Shown in pieces: positions 1 to 9,860 of a DNA stretch of 59,743 nucleotides. The stretch's first letter is position 1; each line of letters begins with the position of its first letter. Origin of the DNA: Candidatus Hadarchaeota archaeon (GTDB lineage Archaea > CAYQAE01 > CAYVLA01); the NCBI GenBank assembly GCA_964452145.1, contig CAYVLA010000002.1:1-59743 (forward strand). Reading direction: 5' to 3'. The position numbers were made by a program, and so were the translations under genes. Under the pieces are notes generated by a model. That model was not told where the DNA came from. It saw only the letters and a list, made by a program, of their open reading frames with translations, and did not search any database.

Positions 1-326
1 TCCTGCCGGGTCGTCATCAGGTTGTACTCGGTTGACAGAAGAAGGATGATGTCGTACGTCTTCATCTTCTCATAGTTCCTGGGAAAATAGAGCCGGATCA
101 ACTTCATATCATCCTCCAGCCTGGCGAAAGTCCCCGTTCTCATCTGGACCGAGTCGTGGTTGACAGAGGGTTCATAGTTGAAGATGCGGTCCATTGCAGC
201 GATGAGCGCGGGGTGGCCCACGATGAGGGCCCTGATTCTCTCTCCGCCCGAGCAGAGGGGCGCAGATACGATAAGGCCGGTCACGAACATCCCGAACAAG
301 CATGCAGCGGGTCGCTTCATCCCCAT
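1..326 (-). CDS. Family A membrane-anchored GATase-like surface protein, copy A1 (5' part; runs off the window edge)
   Basis: Not in the ORF track. Manual translation from ATG 326: MGMKRPAACLFGMFVTGLIVSAPLCSGGERIRALIVGHP...MKLIRLYFPRNYEKMKTYDIILLLSTEYNLMTTRQ. Signal peptide plus the family R-x-Y-x-P-R...YD-x-I motif; open to base 1. Confidence 0.85.
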   Translation of the reverse strand, partial: MGMKRPAACLFGMFVTGLIVSAPLCSGGERIRALIVGHPALIAAMDRIFNYEPSVNHDSVQMRTGTFARLEDDMKLIRLYFPRNYEKMKTYDIILLLSTEYNLMTTRQ

Positions 327-344
327 GATCGACAGTCCGGACCC

Positions 345-430
345 GATGAATATAAAATTCACGGTGCCAATCCGCGTCAGGGAGTAGGATCACTGGGGCC
401 CGGGCCCAGGAGCACCAAATGTTTTAATCA
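345..430. promoter_or_regulatory. Putative divergent archaeal promoters between A1 and B1
   Basis: TTTTATA on the minus strand at about 351-357, roughly 25-30 nt upstream of ATG 326. TTTTAAT on the plus strand at 422-428, upstream of ATG 461. These are the only AT-rich patches in a GC-rich spacer. Confidence 0.45.
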
Positions 431-460
431 TGGGAGCATACGGACTAGGGGAGTCATCGC

Positions 461-1286
461 ATGAAGATTGACAAAAGGGTCACCGGACTGGCGATGATCT
501 GCTTCATAGTCTCGGCCCTGATCGTCTTCTCCTTTGCGAAGGAGGCCAGCGACCAGCCGATCGAAGTCATAAGGAACGAGTTCCCATCCCCCGGGCAGAC
601 CATCTTCACCTTCTCCCTGGTTGCCAATGAGGATATCGAGTACTTGGAGTTGAGGTTCTCGGTCATGTATCCCAAGATCCTCAGATCCGAGGAGATGGTT
701 GACCCGGAGATGTTCGCAAGTGTCCACGAGGCCATCGGTGGCTACCAGGTCAGAGCCGGCAATGCTCCTCAGGACGTTTTGGGAAACATACGCAGGCTGC
801 TGTGGTTCGGAGAGAGGATGGGCGATCTGGGGATCTTCCCGGATAGTCGAAGCAGAAAGGTCACGATAGCGGGTTCCGAGTACGATCTGCTCTATCACGA
901 CTATGGTCCCATCATGGATCACATACTCGGAAGCAACGACACGGCCAGTATGCAACTCGTCCACGGCTCTCATCAACTCCACTGGACACGCCTTCTACAT
1001 GGAGGGGCGACCATCATTCTGCCCCGGTACGGTCAAGCTCCTGTCGATCTCTCACAATGAACGAAAACAGACGTATGTCCCAGATCTCCAGGTCTCATAC
1101 GGGTCGGAGGAGCTTCCTCTCTCCGTGGCCCCGCGCGGGGTCGTCGAGTTCAGATCCGTGAAGAAGGATGATACCGTGAGCATCGTCATGAACATCGAGC
1201 CCTTCGCGGGCTTCGTCCTGCAGATCGTCAAGATCTACGCCGACGGAGAGCTCTACGACGAGCCCATCGTGAACGTTGTGAGGTGA
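461..1286 (+). pseudogene. Family B N-terminally anchored protein, copy B1, frameshifted near 965 (lesion or assembly error)
   Basis: ORF 461..1060 (N-terminal TM, ...LYHDYGPIMDHILGS) joined to ORF 903..1286 (ALINSTGHAFYMEG...YVPD...LPLSVAPRGVVEF...IYADG) gives a protein colinear with 15370..16233 (FLLNRTGHLVGYFEG...YVPD...LPPWGQITF...TFADG). The frame breaks at CAC-G-GCT (962-968). Confidence 0.7.
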
Positions 1287-1292
1287 GGACTC

Positions 1293-2249
1293 ATGTCGAG
1301 GACTCTTCTTCTGCTCGCGTCTCTGACACTCGTCGTTTGTGCCCTCTGCGGCCCGTCAGGGGCGAGGCCCACCGTATTGGTCTACACGGGCGGCGAAGAT
1401 CAACTCGCATCGATGCTCGCCGAACTGGTCCAGGCCGAACAGGAGCTGGGTGCCGAGACGCTGATCGTTACCAGCCCGGAGGCGGTGAGCCTTGCCTGTG
1501 CCATGCCAAGCATTGCATGCATCCTGATCTACGCCGATCACAGAAACGATCTTCTCTACCTGCCTCTGGCTTTGGTCGCCTTCTTCGAGGGAGGAGGCGG
1601 GCTGGTCGGTTTGAGGGAGGTATGCTACGAGCCCTCTGCCGCGGAGATGGCGATCGACGTGTTTCCGATACACGGGAACCAGACCACCGCGCCGCCGGCG
1701 GGAACGAAGAGGGCATTCACCTACGTGTTGGACCGGGGAATGGAGATAGCGGAGGGGTTGCCGGAGGCCTTCGACGTCCTGAGCCTGGGTACCTACACAA
1801 GCGTCGATTCGGAGGGCAATCTGCTCGAGATCCCGGGCGACCATCGCGTCGTGTATCGTGATCTACGGATAGGGGTGCCGCTGGTCGTAGCTCACGAAAG
1901 CAAGAGGGGAGGAAGATCGGTGGCCATGCCGGGTATCATGGTCGTCAGCAATCAAAGGGTCGACGTGTACTATGGCAACCTCTTTCGTGACGAGAACTTC
2001 ACCAGACTTCTGACCAATTCGATCGCCTGGGCCATGGGCAACTCCAGGTTCGCTCACCTTGAGGAGGTACTCGAGGACAAGATCCGGGAGTTCAGCAGCA
2101 TTCAGAACGAGCGGAGGACCCAGGCCGACCAAGCAAGGAAAGAGCGGAGAATCAGGAGAACCTACGCGCTCATTGCGTTCTGGGCAGTGGGACTGGCGGC
2201 CTGCGGGGGGATTCTGGTCAAGCTGATCCTTCCCGCGCAGGATCGGTGA
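1293..2249 (+). CDS. Family C ThuA/class-I GATase-like surface protein with C-terminal coiled coil and TM, copy C1
   Basis: Signal peptide; FFEGGGGLVGL...VFP; GRSVAMPG; RLLTNSIAWA; charged helix, then TM. GGTGAGG RBS. Paralog of 16234..17289. Confidence 0.8.
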   Translation: MSRTLLLLASLTLVVCALCGPSGARPTVLVYTGGEDQLASMLAELVQAEQELGAETLIVTSPEAVSLACAMPSIACILIYADHRNDLLYLPLALVAFFEGGGGLVGLREVCYEPSAAEMAIDVFPIHGNQTTAPPAGTKRAFTYVLDRGMEIAEGLPEAFDVLSLGTYTSVDSEGNLLEIPGDHRVVYRDLRIGVPLVVAHESKRGGRSVAMPGIMVVSNQRVDVYYGNLFRDENFTRLLTNSIAWAMGNSRFAHLEEVLEDKIREFSSIQNERRTQADQARKERRIRRTYALIAFWAVGLAACGGILVKLILPAQDR

Positions 2250-2386
2250 TCGACGCCGGCGGATACTAGGCAATGCGTGAACTTGCTGAGAGACCCGACC
2301 ATCCACGATTCTTCGAAGCGGACCGGTTGTCGGGGCGCCGCAGATCGAGAGACTTTTCAGCAAGCACAGGTCAGAGGATCTCTGCC

Positions 2387-3624
2387 TTGAGGCCTGCGAG
2401 GCTCTGCGCACTTGGTCTCCTCGTCCCAGTCGTTGCGCTGTCCCTGACTGAGGCGAAGGTGGACTCGTCATCGGGCATGATCAGAATCATATCGATTGGT
2501 GAGTCCTTCTACCCGGAGACGAGGCTGCCGTTCATGCTTCGAGCGGATCCCAGGATCGTATATCAGCCGGTTCCGACCAACTGGTACGAGGGCACGTTTC
2601 AGGCCGTTGGTCGGGACAGGATGGATGCCGAAAGGTTCCTCCGCATCTATATCCCCCGCACATACCAGAGGTTCGTCGACAGCTACGACGTGATCCTGCT
2701 CTCCGATTTCGAGGTCGACATCATTTCGCCGGAGCAGTTCGCCTGATGGAGCTCGGCGTGCGACAGGCAGGTATGGGCATAGCGAAGTATGAGATGAACT
2801 ACGATCCGGCCCATTGGCGCACATTCGACCTCTTCGTCAGCTCGGCCGTCTACACCGCCTTTCCCACGGATCTAGTCTCGGGCAAGGAGTTCAGGGGAAT
2901 CGGCCTCTACGCAGTGCGTATGGCGGGAACTGGCAGGCTTCATCCCGTTTTGAATCTGCCAAACATGCAAAACGACAGAATACCGGTTGACATAGGCAGC
3001 GGCAAGGCCGGTTACGAGGAGCCCCGCCCCGGAGCAGTCGTCATCGCCAGGTACGTGCCCAATGATGAGCCTGGCATCATCCTGCGAAGCTACGGCGAGG
3101 GCAAAGCATTGACGTGCGTGCCGGGTCACGACACAATTGACTGGAGCCTGTCCGAGCACTGGCCCCATACGATCGATTTCTGGATCAACCAGGCATGGTA
3201 CCTTGCCGGGCTTGAGATCCCTCCCGACATAGTCTCCGTTCACGGCCTGAGGCAGGACTTCCTCTCATACTCGTCGCGGAGATCGCTTGCCCTCTCCGCC
3301 ATGGACTTCGTTGAGAGGTTCGGCGCCCGTACCCAGCCCCTTTACGAGGGTCTCGCCGAGGCGGATCGCAGGAGGAGGCAGGCTGAGGAGTTCTACAGGA
3401 AGGATATGCTGGAGGATAGCACCGCAATGATGGAGGAGGCCTTGCGTGGCTTGCAGAAGGTGGCGGCCGACTCGGTGAAGGCCAAATCGGCCGCGCTGCT
3501 GTGGGTGTACGTAGTGGAGTGGATGGCCGTGACGGGAACGGCGATCCTGACCGGCGTCACGCTGTGGATCTTGATGATCAGAAGGCGTTTGTACCGCGAG
3601 GTCGGGCTGACCAGGACGCGTTGA
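2387..3624 (+). pseudogene. Family A copy A2, split by a 1-nt deletion at about 2744-2746
   Basis: The N-half (RIYIPRT...YDVILLSD...SPEQFA) and C-half (MELGVRQAG...EWMAV...LMIRRRLYREV) meet at GCC-TG-ATG. Three paralogs have W-M or W-V here, so TGG has lost a G. Likely TTG start at 2387, before the signal peptide. Confidence 0.8.
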
Positions 3625-3694
3625 CACCCGAGCCCGGGAACTCTGGTCTGGGGCCGTCCACATCTGGCGAGATGGATCACCTTGTGACCCCATA

Positions 3695-4897
3695 CTAGGG
3701 CACGGCCGGGTAGTCGCTCATCCCCTCCCAGGTGCGAAGCATAGCCTCAACGTTACGCCATGCGTTTTCGGAGTCCTTGCCGACGTTGTCCACCGGGGAA
3801 AGGATGAATCCGGACGATGGCGCCAGAGTCCTGATGGCAGTGGAAACGGCCTTCTTCACGGCTTGCTCCTGTCCCATCTCAATCGTTATGTACCCATTGA
3901 CCCCGCCCCAGAGAGATACCCTTCCCTGTAGTGCGGCCTTCATCCTCTCAAGGTCCGTTCCCTTGCCCTGGACCGGGTCGACCCCGATCAGCACATCGAT
4001 CCCGGCCTCTAGGAACATGTCCAGGAGGGGCATGCAGCCGCTGGTCATGATGTAGCCGAACTTCGCGCCTGCCCGATGAGCTGCCCTGACCTCAGCCGTC
4101 AAGTAGGGCAACACGAACCTTCGGTACAGGAGGGGCGACCAGAAGTGGACATTCTCGTACCACCCGCGGCGGATGTACAGGTCCACCCCCTCGTTCAGGA
4201 AGACATCCATTCGCTGGCTGTTCCATTCGTGGAGGATCTCTGCCAGCTCTTGCACGAACTCCGGCCGCCGGACTGCCGCCACCATGGTGTTGCGCAGCCC
4301 GCACAGCCATATTGCGGCCTCTATCCCGACTCCCCACCCACCGGTCACCATAAGGTCATGCTTGGCAGCAAACTCCTTGGCCTCCCGGGACTGCTCGCGG
4401 AAGCGCCGAACATCAGCGGGACGGGGCGGGGCAAGAAGGTAGCGAAGCGCGGGTAGATCGTTCCGATCCTGGACCAGGAACTTCCTGGAACGTTGGACCA
4501 GGTAATCATCCATCAGGGGCACCTGGTTGCCGAAGGGCCAGTCATCAGTCTTGTTGACCGTCGTGGTGAGCAGCCCAGCCGGAGTGTGGTATTCCTTGAC
4601 CAGTAGGGGGCGGTTGGCATCCGCCGGCTGTTCCACGCGTTCTCTTACCTCGACGTCCGGATGGTACCTCACCGGCAGCGTCCGAATATCGCCCTCACCG
4701 AGGGTGGCGTGCAAGCCGAACATCGGGAGCGCCACCGTTGCATCTAGGCCCATCCCCAGCTGTTTCTCAACGAATTCGTAGTCATCTCTGCAGCGGGTTC
4801 TCAGCAGCTCAAAGATCATGAAGCAGAGCGGGACCCTATCCGGCTCGATGTGAGAGATCGACCGCAGCATGCGTTCCCGGGATGTGAGCTCGTTCAT
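3695..4897 (-). CDS. Uroporphyrinogen decarboxylase / MtaA-CmuA family protein
   Basis: MxxLTSRERM...EPDRVP N-terminus, FWSP..YRRFVLPY, LWGGVN, GFILSP. GGAGG RBS. Confidence 0.8.
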   Translation of the reverse strand: MNELTSRERMLRSISHIEPDRVPLCFMIFELLRTRCRDDYEFVEKQLGMGLDATVALPMFGLHATLGEGDIRTLPVRYHPDVEVRERVEQPADANRPLLVKEYHTPAGLLTTTVNKTDDWPFGNQVPLMDDYLVQRSRKFLVQDRNDLPALRYLLAPPRPADVRRFREQSREAKEFAAKHDLMVTGGWGVGIEAAIWLCGLRNTMVAAVRRPEFVQELAEILHEWNSQRMDVFLNEGVDLYIRRGWYENVHFWSPLLYRRFVLPYLTAEVRAAHRAGAKFGYIMTSGCMPLLDMFLEAGIDVLIGVDPVQGKGTDLERMKAALQGRVSLWGGVNGYITIEMGQEQAVKKAVSTAIRTLAPSSGFILSPVDNVGKDSENAWRNVEAMLRTWEGMSDYPAVP

Positions 4898-5261
4898 TGT
4901 GTGTCCTCCTTGGGTCTCCTGAACCGTGGCGAGTACCCAGTTTCCCAGCAGGTATGAACCCGAGCGATAGAAAAAGCTGTTGTGCCTCGCGTTTCCGGCT
5001 GGTGAACCGCCACCTCTCAGCGCCCAACCCCAAGATCGATGAAGCGTGCGACTCGCAGGGCAAGCACGGAGAACACCGCTACCAAGAGCATCTCCATCTC
5101 TTCGCCCACAGGAAACGTGGCGTGTCCCCTGCCCGGGGACTTTCCGCAGTCATTTGACTCCCGACGTACTCGAGCACGACGACCATATAGTCGAAGGCCG
5201 CCGGGTTGCCGATGAGGAATGCTACCCGCAGCGCTCCCGATGACCTATACCCTTCGAGTCG

Positions 5262-5512
5262 CTTCTGACCCGAGCTTACTTCGATCATTGTGGCTCCTTA
5301 GACATAGACCTGTTCCTGAAGCCCAAAATACTGAAGAGGTATGATAGCACATCAGCTTCGATCCTGGAACTCGGGGTTCAGGAAGACACCAAATCCGTTC
5401 AAGTTCGCGAGGCAGGTGACGGATACCCTCACTCTGGAGCTTGACTTCCTTACCGAACCCGTGGGGCTGCGATTTGCCGATCTCGTGACGCGGGTTCAGG
5501 AGGATCTCAGAG
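5262..5512 (+). pseudogene. Remnant of a nucleotidyltransferase-fold protein (AbiEii-like), frameshifted and truncated at both ends
   Basis: Manual translation LLTRAYFDHCGSLDIDLFLKPKILKRYD carries the GS-x-D-x-D NTase motif. After a shift near 5368 it continues NSGFRKTPNPFKF...ELDFLTEP...VQEDLRA. Confidence 0.55.
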
Positions 5513-5998
5513 CAACATCATCTCCGTCTCGTTGGCCCACCTCCCGCCTGCCCAGTAGGTCCTCAGGTCATTGCTGTAAGTCAGGTTGAAGGTCTGGGCG
5601 ACGCCTTCGCCCACGCTCTGCTGTTTCTGCAGGTAGGTCTTGGTCTCATTGCTTGCTTGAAGGATTTCGACTGAGTAGGTTTCGGACTGTTGGACCAGCC
5701 CGCGGTCCTCTTGCTCCACGGTGGTGCTGATGTTCTTCTTCAGCGAGTAGGTCAGGATCTCGCCCGCAACGGGTATTCGTAGAAGAACAAGGCCTTTCTC
5801 CTCCGTGGGTCTCTCCTGCTGGATCGATTGGAGGGCTGAAACCAGGTATGGCAGCCCAGACCCGGCTATCAGGATCATCGAAGCGGAGAAGAAGATCCCT
5901 CCCAGGGCAAGCTTGGCCCTCATGCTGAGCGTCGGCCTCTGCCAGCGCTTGGCCTCTTCCTCTTCGATTTCGGTTTCCTTCGTATCCTTGACGGACAT
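5507..5998 (-). CDS. Hypothetical single-TM protein, possibly 3'-truncated
   Basis: Acidic N-terminus, one hydrophobic helix and a polar extracellular part. Starts directly after the stop of 5999..6499 and ends where the NTase remnant ends. Confidence 0.55.
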   Translation of the reverse strand: MSVKDTKETEIEEEEAKRWQRPTLSMRAKLALGGIFFSASMILIAGSGLPYLVSALQSIQQERPTEEKGLVLLRIPVAGEILTYSLKKNISTTVEQEDRGLVQQSETYSVEILQASNETKTYLQKQQSVGEGVAQTFNLTYSNDLRTYWAGGRWANETEMMLL

Positions 5999-6499
5999 CT
6001 ACAGCACCCTCCTCAGCGCGTGGATGAATCTGGAAAACGAGACCCCGAGGAGGAAGAAGAAGCTGGCAAAAACGGCTATGATGCTCGGGCTGGACATACG
6101 GAGCCAATCCGCTCCCAGCAGGATGATTGGGATCGAAAGCACGGCCGTGGCCAGGTAGGTGGCCAGATGGACTTTGGGCAGTGCGGGGATCTGTTTTGCC
6201 TCCCCACCGATCCTGGCAAGGTTGATCATCGCCAGATCCGTGAGGCGGTAGGGTTTGTCCCTTCCGAACAGCCTTGTGGAGACCAGGCCCGTAGATTCCA
6301 GGTTTCTTGTCGCTCTTCTCACCTTGGTGTAGCAGGAGCTAGGACCGGGATCCGAACTCTTCAGGCCCCAGATCCCTTCCACGATCTCGGCCATTGTTCT
6401 CTTTTCCCCCACAAGTTGGGTCAGGATCTCGATGCCAACTGGTCTGCCACGTCCAGCCCGCGTAGCTTGTGCAGGCCGTTCTTGACGCCTCTTTGTCAA
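5999..6499 (-). CDS. Winged-helix protein with two C-terminal TM helices (membrane-tethered regulator-like)
   Basis: EILTQL...TMAEIVEGIWG...YTKVRRATRNLESTGLVSTRLFGRDKPYRLT fits a wHTH pattern and is followed by two hydrophobic segments. Start uncertain. Confidence 0.65.
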   Translation of the reverse strand: MTKRRQERPAQATRAGRGRPVGIEILTQLVGEKRTMAEIVEGIWGLKSSDPGPSSCYTKVRRATRNLESTGLVSTRLFGRDKPYRLTDLAMINLARIGGEAKQIPALPKVHLATYLATAVLSIPIILLGADWLRMSSPSIIAVFASFFFLLGVSFSRFIHALRRVL

Positions 6500-6874
6500 G
6501 GCTTAATGGATGCTCGAGATTCCTGAGGGAGCTGAAGCCCGCATCTATGGAGGCCTCCATGGCCGACTTCAGGTCAAGAGGGGCGGCCGAGAGGTACTTG
6601 CAGCTTGCCATGGAATCGATCATAGACATTGGAAGCGAGATCATCTCCTTTCTGCAACTGGGGAAGCCTGAAAGATACAGGGACAATCCCACCGACGCTG
6701 GCCCAAGCCGGGGTCATCCCGCCCGAGCTGTCCGAGAAGGTCACCAAAATGATTGGCTTCAGAAATCTGCCTGTCCACGATTGCGCGGCCGTGGACATGT
6801 CCCTGGAGTACGAGTTCCTGCAAGCCAGACGTTCGGATTTCGAGGCGTATATGGCATATTGGCAAAGCGGTTGA
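6469..6874 (+). pseudogene. HEPN/DUF86 (HepT-like) ribonuclease toxin, frameshifted
   Basis: AAERYLQLAMESIIDIG...PERYRD, then a +1 shift near 6685 into IPPTLAQAGVIP...MIGFRNLPVHD (R-x4-H motif). No intact MNT partner is adjacent. Confidence 0.8.
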
Positions 6875-7291
6875 ACGTGCACAATCCTGGATTCCCTTAT
6901 CGGCTTTCCCTCCGCTCTCAATCCCGCAAGCCCTTCCTTTGAGATCCGAGTGTGGCTCAACCTCGAATCCACCAGGACCTCACCCTCTTCGGACCTAGAG
7001 GAATCCGGGTGCTGCAGCGCCACCGTAGCGGTCGTGTGACCCAAACGCGGAACACCATGACCAATGATGGTTGGGAAAGCTGATTTCGACCCCGGGGCCC
7101 CCAAGCTGGCAGGGCTGGCTTGCAGCTTAAGCCGCTCATTTCACCATCCTCCTCTCTACCTCAGAACTCTCTTGGACTAACCGTAGCCGCTCGGCCTGCC
7201 AGTCTATGCCATCGTATGGGTGGAATTCGACCACGAAATTGCCATTACAGAGGTAATATCTATATACCGTGTTACCAACATGATGGCAGTG

Positions 7292-8773
7292 ATGGGGATG
7301 GTGGACGAGCAAGCTGTGCTGCAAGCCTGCTACGAACAGAACCCGTGGTGGACAAGCCGCGTCGTGCCGGAGGTGCTAGTCAAACCGATCAAGGAACTGG
7401 AAAGGCCATTCAGAACGAGGGACTTCTTCGTCCTATGCAAGAAGATGGATCAGGAGGGGATAACCGCCGTGATTGGCCCCAGGCAGGTCGGGAAAACCAC
7501 CACCCTCTACCAGCTCATTGACTTTCTCATCCACGAGAAGAGCATCGATCCGAAACGCATCATGTACTTCTCCTTCGACTACCCGCGCCTGAACGCCAAG
7601 ACGTCCATCAACGATCTGCTCGACGTTTACGCGACCAACGTCCTGCGCGAGCCGGTCCAGAACCTGGCGGCGCCCGTCTCCATCTTTCTCGATGAGGTCT
7701 GCAGGACGCAGGGTTGGAGCAGACTGCTGAAAGGATGGTACGACCTGAAATACCCGATCAAGTTCGTGGTGTCCCATTCCTCGAGTTCGGAGGTTCTCGG
7801 GGGCGCATCCGAATCCTTGGTTGGCCGCATAGCACCCTTCGTGATGCTGCCACTGAAGTTCGTCGACATCGCTAGATTTCACAATCCCGAGGTCGAGGAA
7901 ACCATCAATCGCCTAGGTCTGAAGATGAGAGAAGCATTTCTTCAAGCCACCAAGAACGGCGACCATGAGACGCTCCTCAATTCCCTCAGAGAAGCGCGGG
8001 CAGAGCTTACCCCCCATGAGAGCGCCCTGAGAACGCTCCTTCAAGAGTACCTCCTTAAAGACGGATACCCGGGGCTACTGGGCGTGACCTCCCTGAAGCT
8101 GTGTGCTCAGAAGCTTAGGGACTATCTGAGCCTAACGCTATACAAGGACATAGTGCAGATTTTCGGAATCCGTGACCCCGTAGCCCTAGAGGAGTTGGTG
8201 GTCCTGCTTGCGGACGCCTCTTCCAGCTTGGTTGAGCCCTCCAGCCTCTCCAAGACTCTTTCCATCAAGCTCGACACCCTCAAGGGCTATCTGGACTACC
8301 TTGAAAGGGTCTTCCTCATCTCAAGAGCCGAATTCTACTCCAAGAGCCGGGCGGCGCGGATAAGGAAGCGGGACAAGATCTACGTGACAAACGTTGGTCT
8401 AAGGAACGCCTTGCTCGGGCAGCTGGACGAATCGCTGCTGGGCGATGCCACTGCGCTAGGGAAGGTGATGGAAACCGTGGTGCACGAGCACTGCCTGAGG
8501 TTGAGCTTCCATACCTCAGGCCCGCCGGCCAAGCTGTTCTACTGGAGAACCCCCCAGAAAAATGAGGTGGACATCGTGATGGAGATTGGTCGACGGCCCG
8601 TCCCTATAGAGGTGACCTCCGGGGACGAGATCCCGCAGAGAAAGCTCAGGGGAATCGACCGGTTTGAAAGAGATCACGACCCCCCGCTCAGCATCGTGGT
8701 GACCAAGAGTATCCTTGGATCGGAAGGCAGGAGAATCCGTATCCCGCTCTGGCTGTTTCTGCTGATGTGCTAG
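7292..8773 (+). CDS. AAA_14/DUF4143 ATP-binding protein with C-terminal PD-(D/E)xK-like domain
   Basis: NPWW; Walker A GPRQVGKTT; Walker B IFLDE; SLVGR; KIYVTNVGLRN; YWR...EVDIV...PIEVT. TATA-like tatata at about 7261; exact start among several ATGs uncertain. Confidence 0.88.
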   Translation: MGMVDEQAVLQACYEQNPWWTSRVVPEVLVKPIKELERPFRTRDFFVLCKKMDQEGITAVIGPRQVGKTTTLYQLIDFLIHEKSIDPKRIMYFSFDYPRLNAKTSINDLLDVYATNVLREPVQNLAAPVSIFLDEVCRTQGWSRLLKGWYDLKYPIKFVVSHSSSSEVLGGASESLVGRIAPFVMLPLKFVDIARFHNPEVEETINRLGLKMREAFLQATKNGDHETLLNSLREARAELTPHESALRTLLQEYLLKDGYPGLLGVTSLKLCAQKLRDYLSLTLYKDIVQIFGIRDPVALEELVVLLADASSSLVEPSSLSKTLSIKLDTLKGYLDYLERVFLISRAEFYSKSRAARIRKRDKIYVTNVGLRNALLGQLDESLLGDATALGKVMETVVHEHCLRLSFHTSGPPAKLFYWRTPQKNEVDIVMEIGRRPVPIEVTSGDEIPQRKLRGIDRFERDHDPPLSIVVTKSILGSEGRRIRIPLWLFLLMC

Positions 8774-8857
8774 AGCAGGAACGGCTCGAGCATCCAGCTT
8801 GCCAGGTCCCGTTGGCATCTTGTCGGGAATCACCAGTGGCTATCAGGATAAACCGAG

Positions 8858-9085
8858 ATGGAACCCATCTTCCTGCCTCCTCGCCAGCGAATGCCATCGA
8901 TCGGGCGAGATCTACTCTTGGGTGGACGGATCCCCTTGACTTCGGGCCGCGGGGACTACTACGACTGGACTGCCTGGGGGGAGCCGCGCATAGTCGCCGT
9001 CTCGGAGATCTGGCTTCTTTCTCCCGTAGCCCCTCTGGCCCTGATCCTGCGGTTTGGCAGCCGGCGACAGAGAGGGCCGGCTTGA
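8858..9085 (+). pseudogene. Possible C-terminal fragment of a surface protein
   Basis: DYYDWTAWGEPRIVAVSE, then a hydrophobic stretch and a basic tail. No plausible N-terminal part. Confidence 0.3.
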
Positions 9086-9175
9086 CAGTCTCACCCAAGT
9101 CGGAGTCGCCGAATCGGTTCTTACAAGAGGCCTACCCGGGCGTGAAGAGATGGGTCAAGCACGGGCCAGCCTGCC

Positions 9176-9595
9176 TCAGGTGGCGGCAGAGGAGGTGACT
9201 GGATCCACAACCTTGATGGACGGAATCCTCCTGAAGGCCCTGTCATGGGTCATTATCGTGTCGACGTTCGATAGTTTCATCGCTGCCAGGATGGTGCTGT
9301 CGCGGCCGCCGATGCCTCTATCGGCGTACTCGACCAAGAACTCCGTGGCGAGTTCCAGCATCTCCATGTCGAATTCCATGATCTTCATCGTCTCCAGGTT
9401 CTCCAGATATCCCATGCATGTCCAGAACTCCGCCTCCGTGAGCCCGCGGAAGAAGTGAGCCACCTCCATCAAAACCGTAGTGGTTGTGATCACGCCCAGG
9501 CTGATCTCTGCCTCGAGAGCGTCGGTCACCTCACCATGTTCGGGGAGGCGCTCATCGAAGTAGTATACCCAGATGTTGGTATCAATGAACATCAT
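9176..9595 (-). CDS. vapC: PIN-domain VapC toxin
   Basis: MFIDTNIW...VLMEV...GRDSTILA...IMTHDRAF. ATGA overlap with the upstream antitoxin stop. Confidence 0.9.
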   Translation of the reverse strand: MMFIDTNIWVYYFDERLPEHGEVTDALEAEISLGVITTTTVLMEVAHFFRGLTEAEFWTCMGYLENLETMKIMEFDMEMLELATEFLVEYADRGIGGRDSTILAAMKLSNVDTIMTHDRAFRRIPSIKVVDPVTSSAAT

Positions 9596-9843
9596 TTGGA
9601 CTCCCAGATCCTCCTCAACTCGAGGGGATGCACCCTGGGGAGAGCGGAGCCTTCTTTGATACATCCCTTCATCCTCTGCATGAACTCCTCGGGCTTGACT
9701 GGCGGGGTCAGTATGATGCGGTTCCCCTGAAGGGATAGTCTGACCTTGCTTCCTGCCTCAAGGCCTAGATCCTCCCGGAATGCCTTTGGCAACACGATCC
9801 TGCCCTTCGCGTCCAAGGTGGATTCCGACAGCCCTCCCACCAA
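9592..9843 (-). CDS. AbrB/MazE/SpoVT-family antitoxin
   Basis: LDAKGRIVLPKAFREDLGLEAGSKV swapped-hairpin motif; coupled to vapC. Confidence 0.88.
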   Translation of the reverse strand: MVGGLSESTLDAKGRIVLPKAFREDLGLEAGSKVRLSLQGNRIILTPPVKPEEFMQRMKGCIKEGSALPRVHPLELRRIWESK

Positions 9844-9860
9844 TTCCCACTAGGTGGGAA
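9844..9860. promoter_or_regulatory. Palindromic operator of the AbrB-VapC operon
   Basis: Perfect inverted repeat TTCCCAC-TAG-GTGGGAA between a TTTATC box (minus strand, about 9866-9871) and the start codon. An extra TCCCAC half-site lies at 9835-9840. Confidence 0.6.

Noticed and set aside
2741..2750. Selenocysteine or TGA readthrough in A2
   Set aside because: The downstream half is in a different frame, and the paralogs show the lesion is a lost G in a Trp codon.
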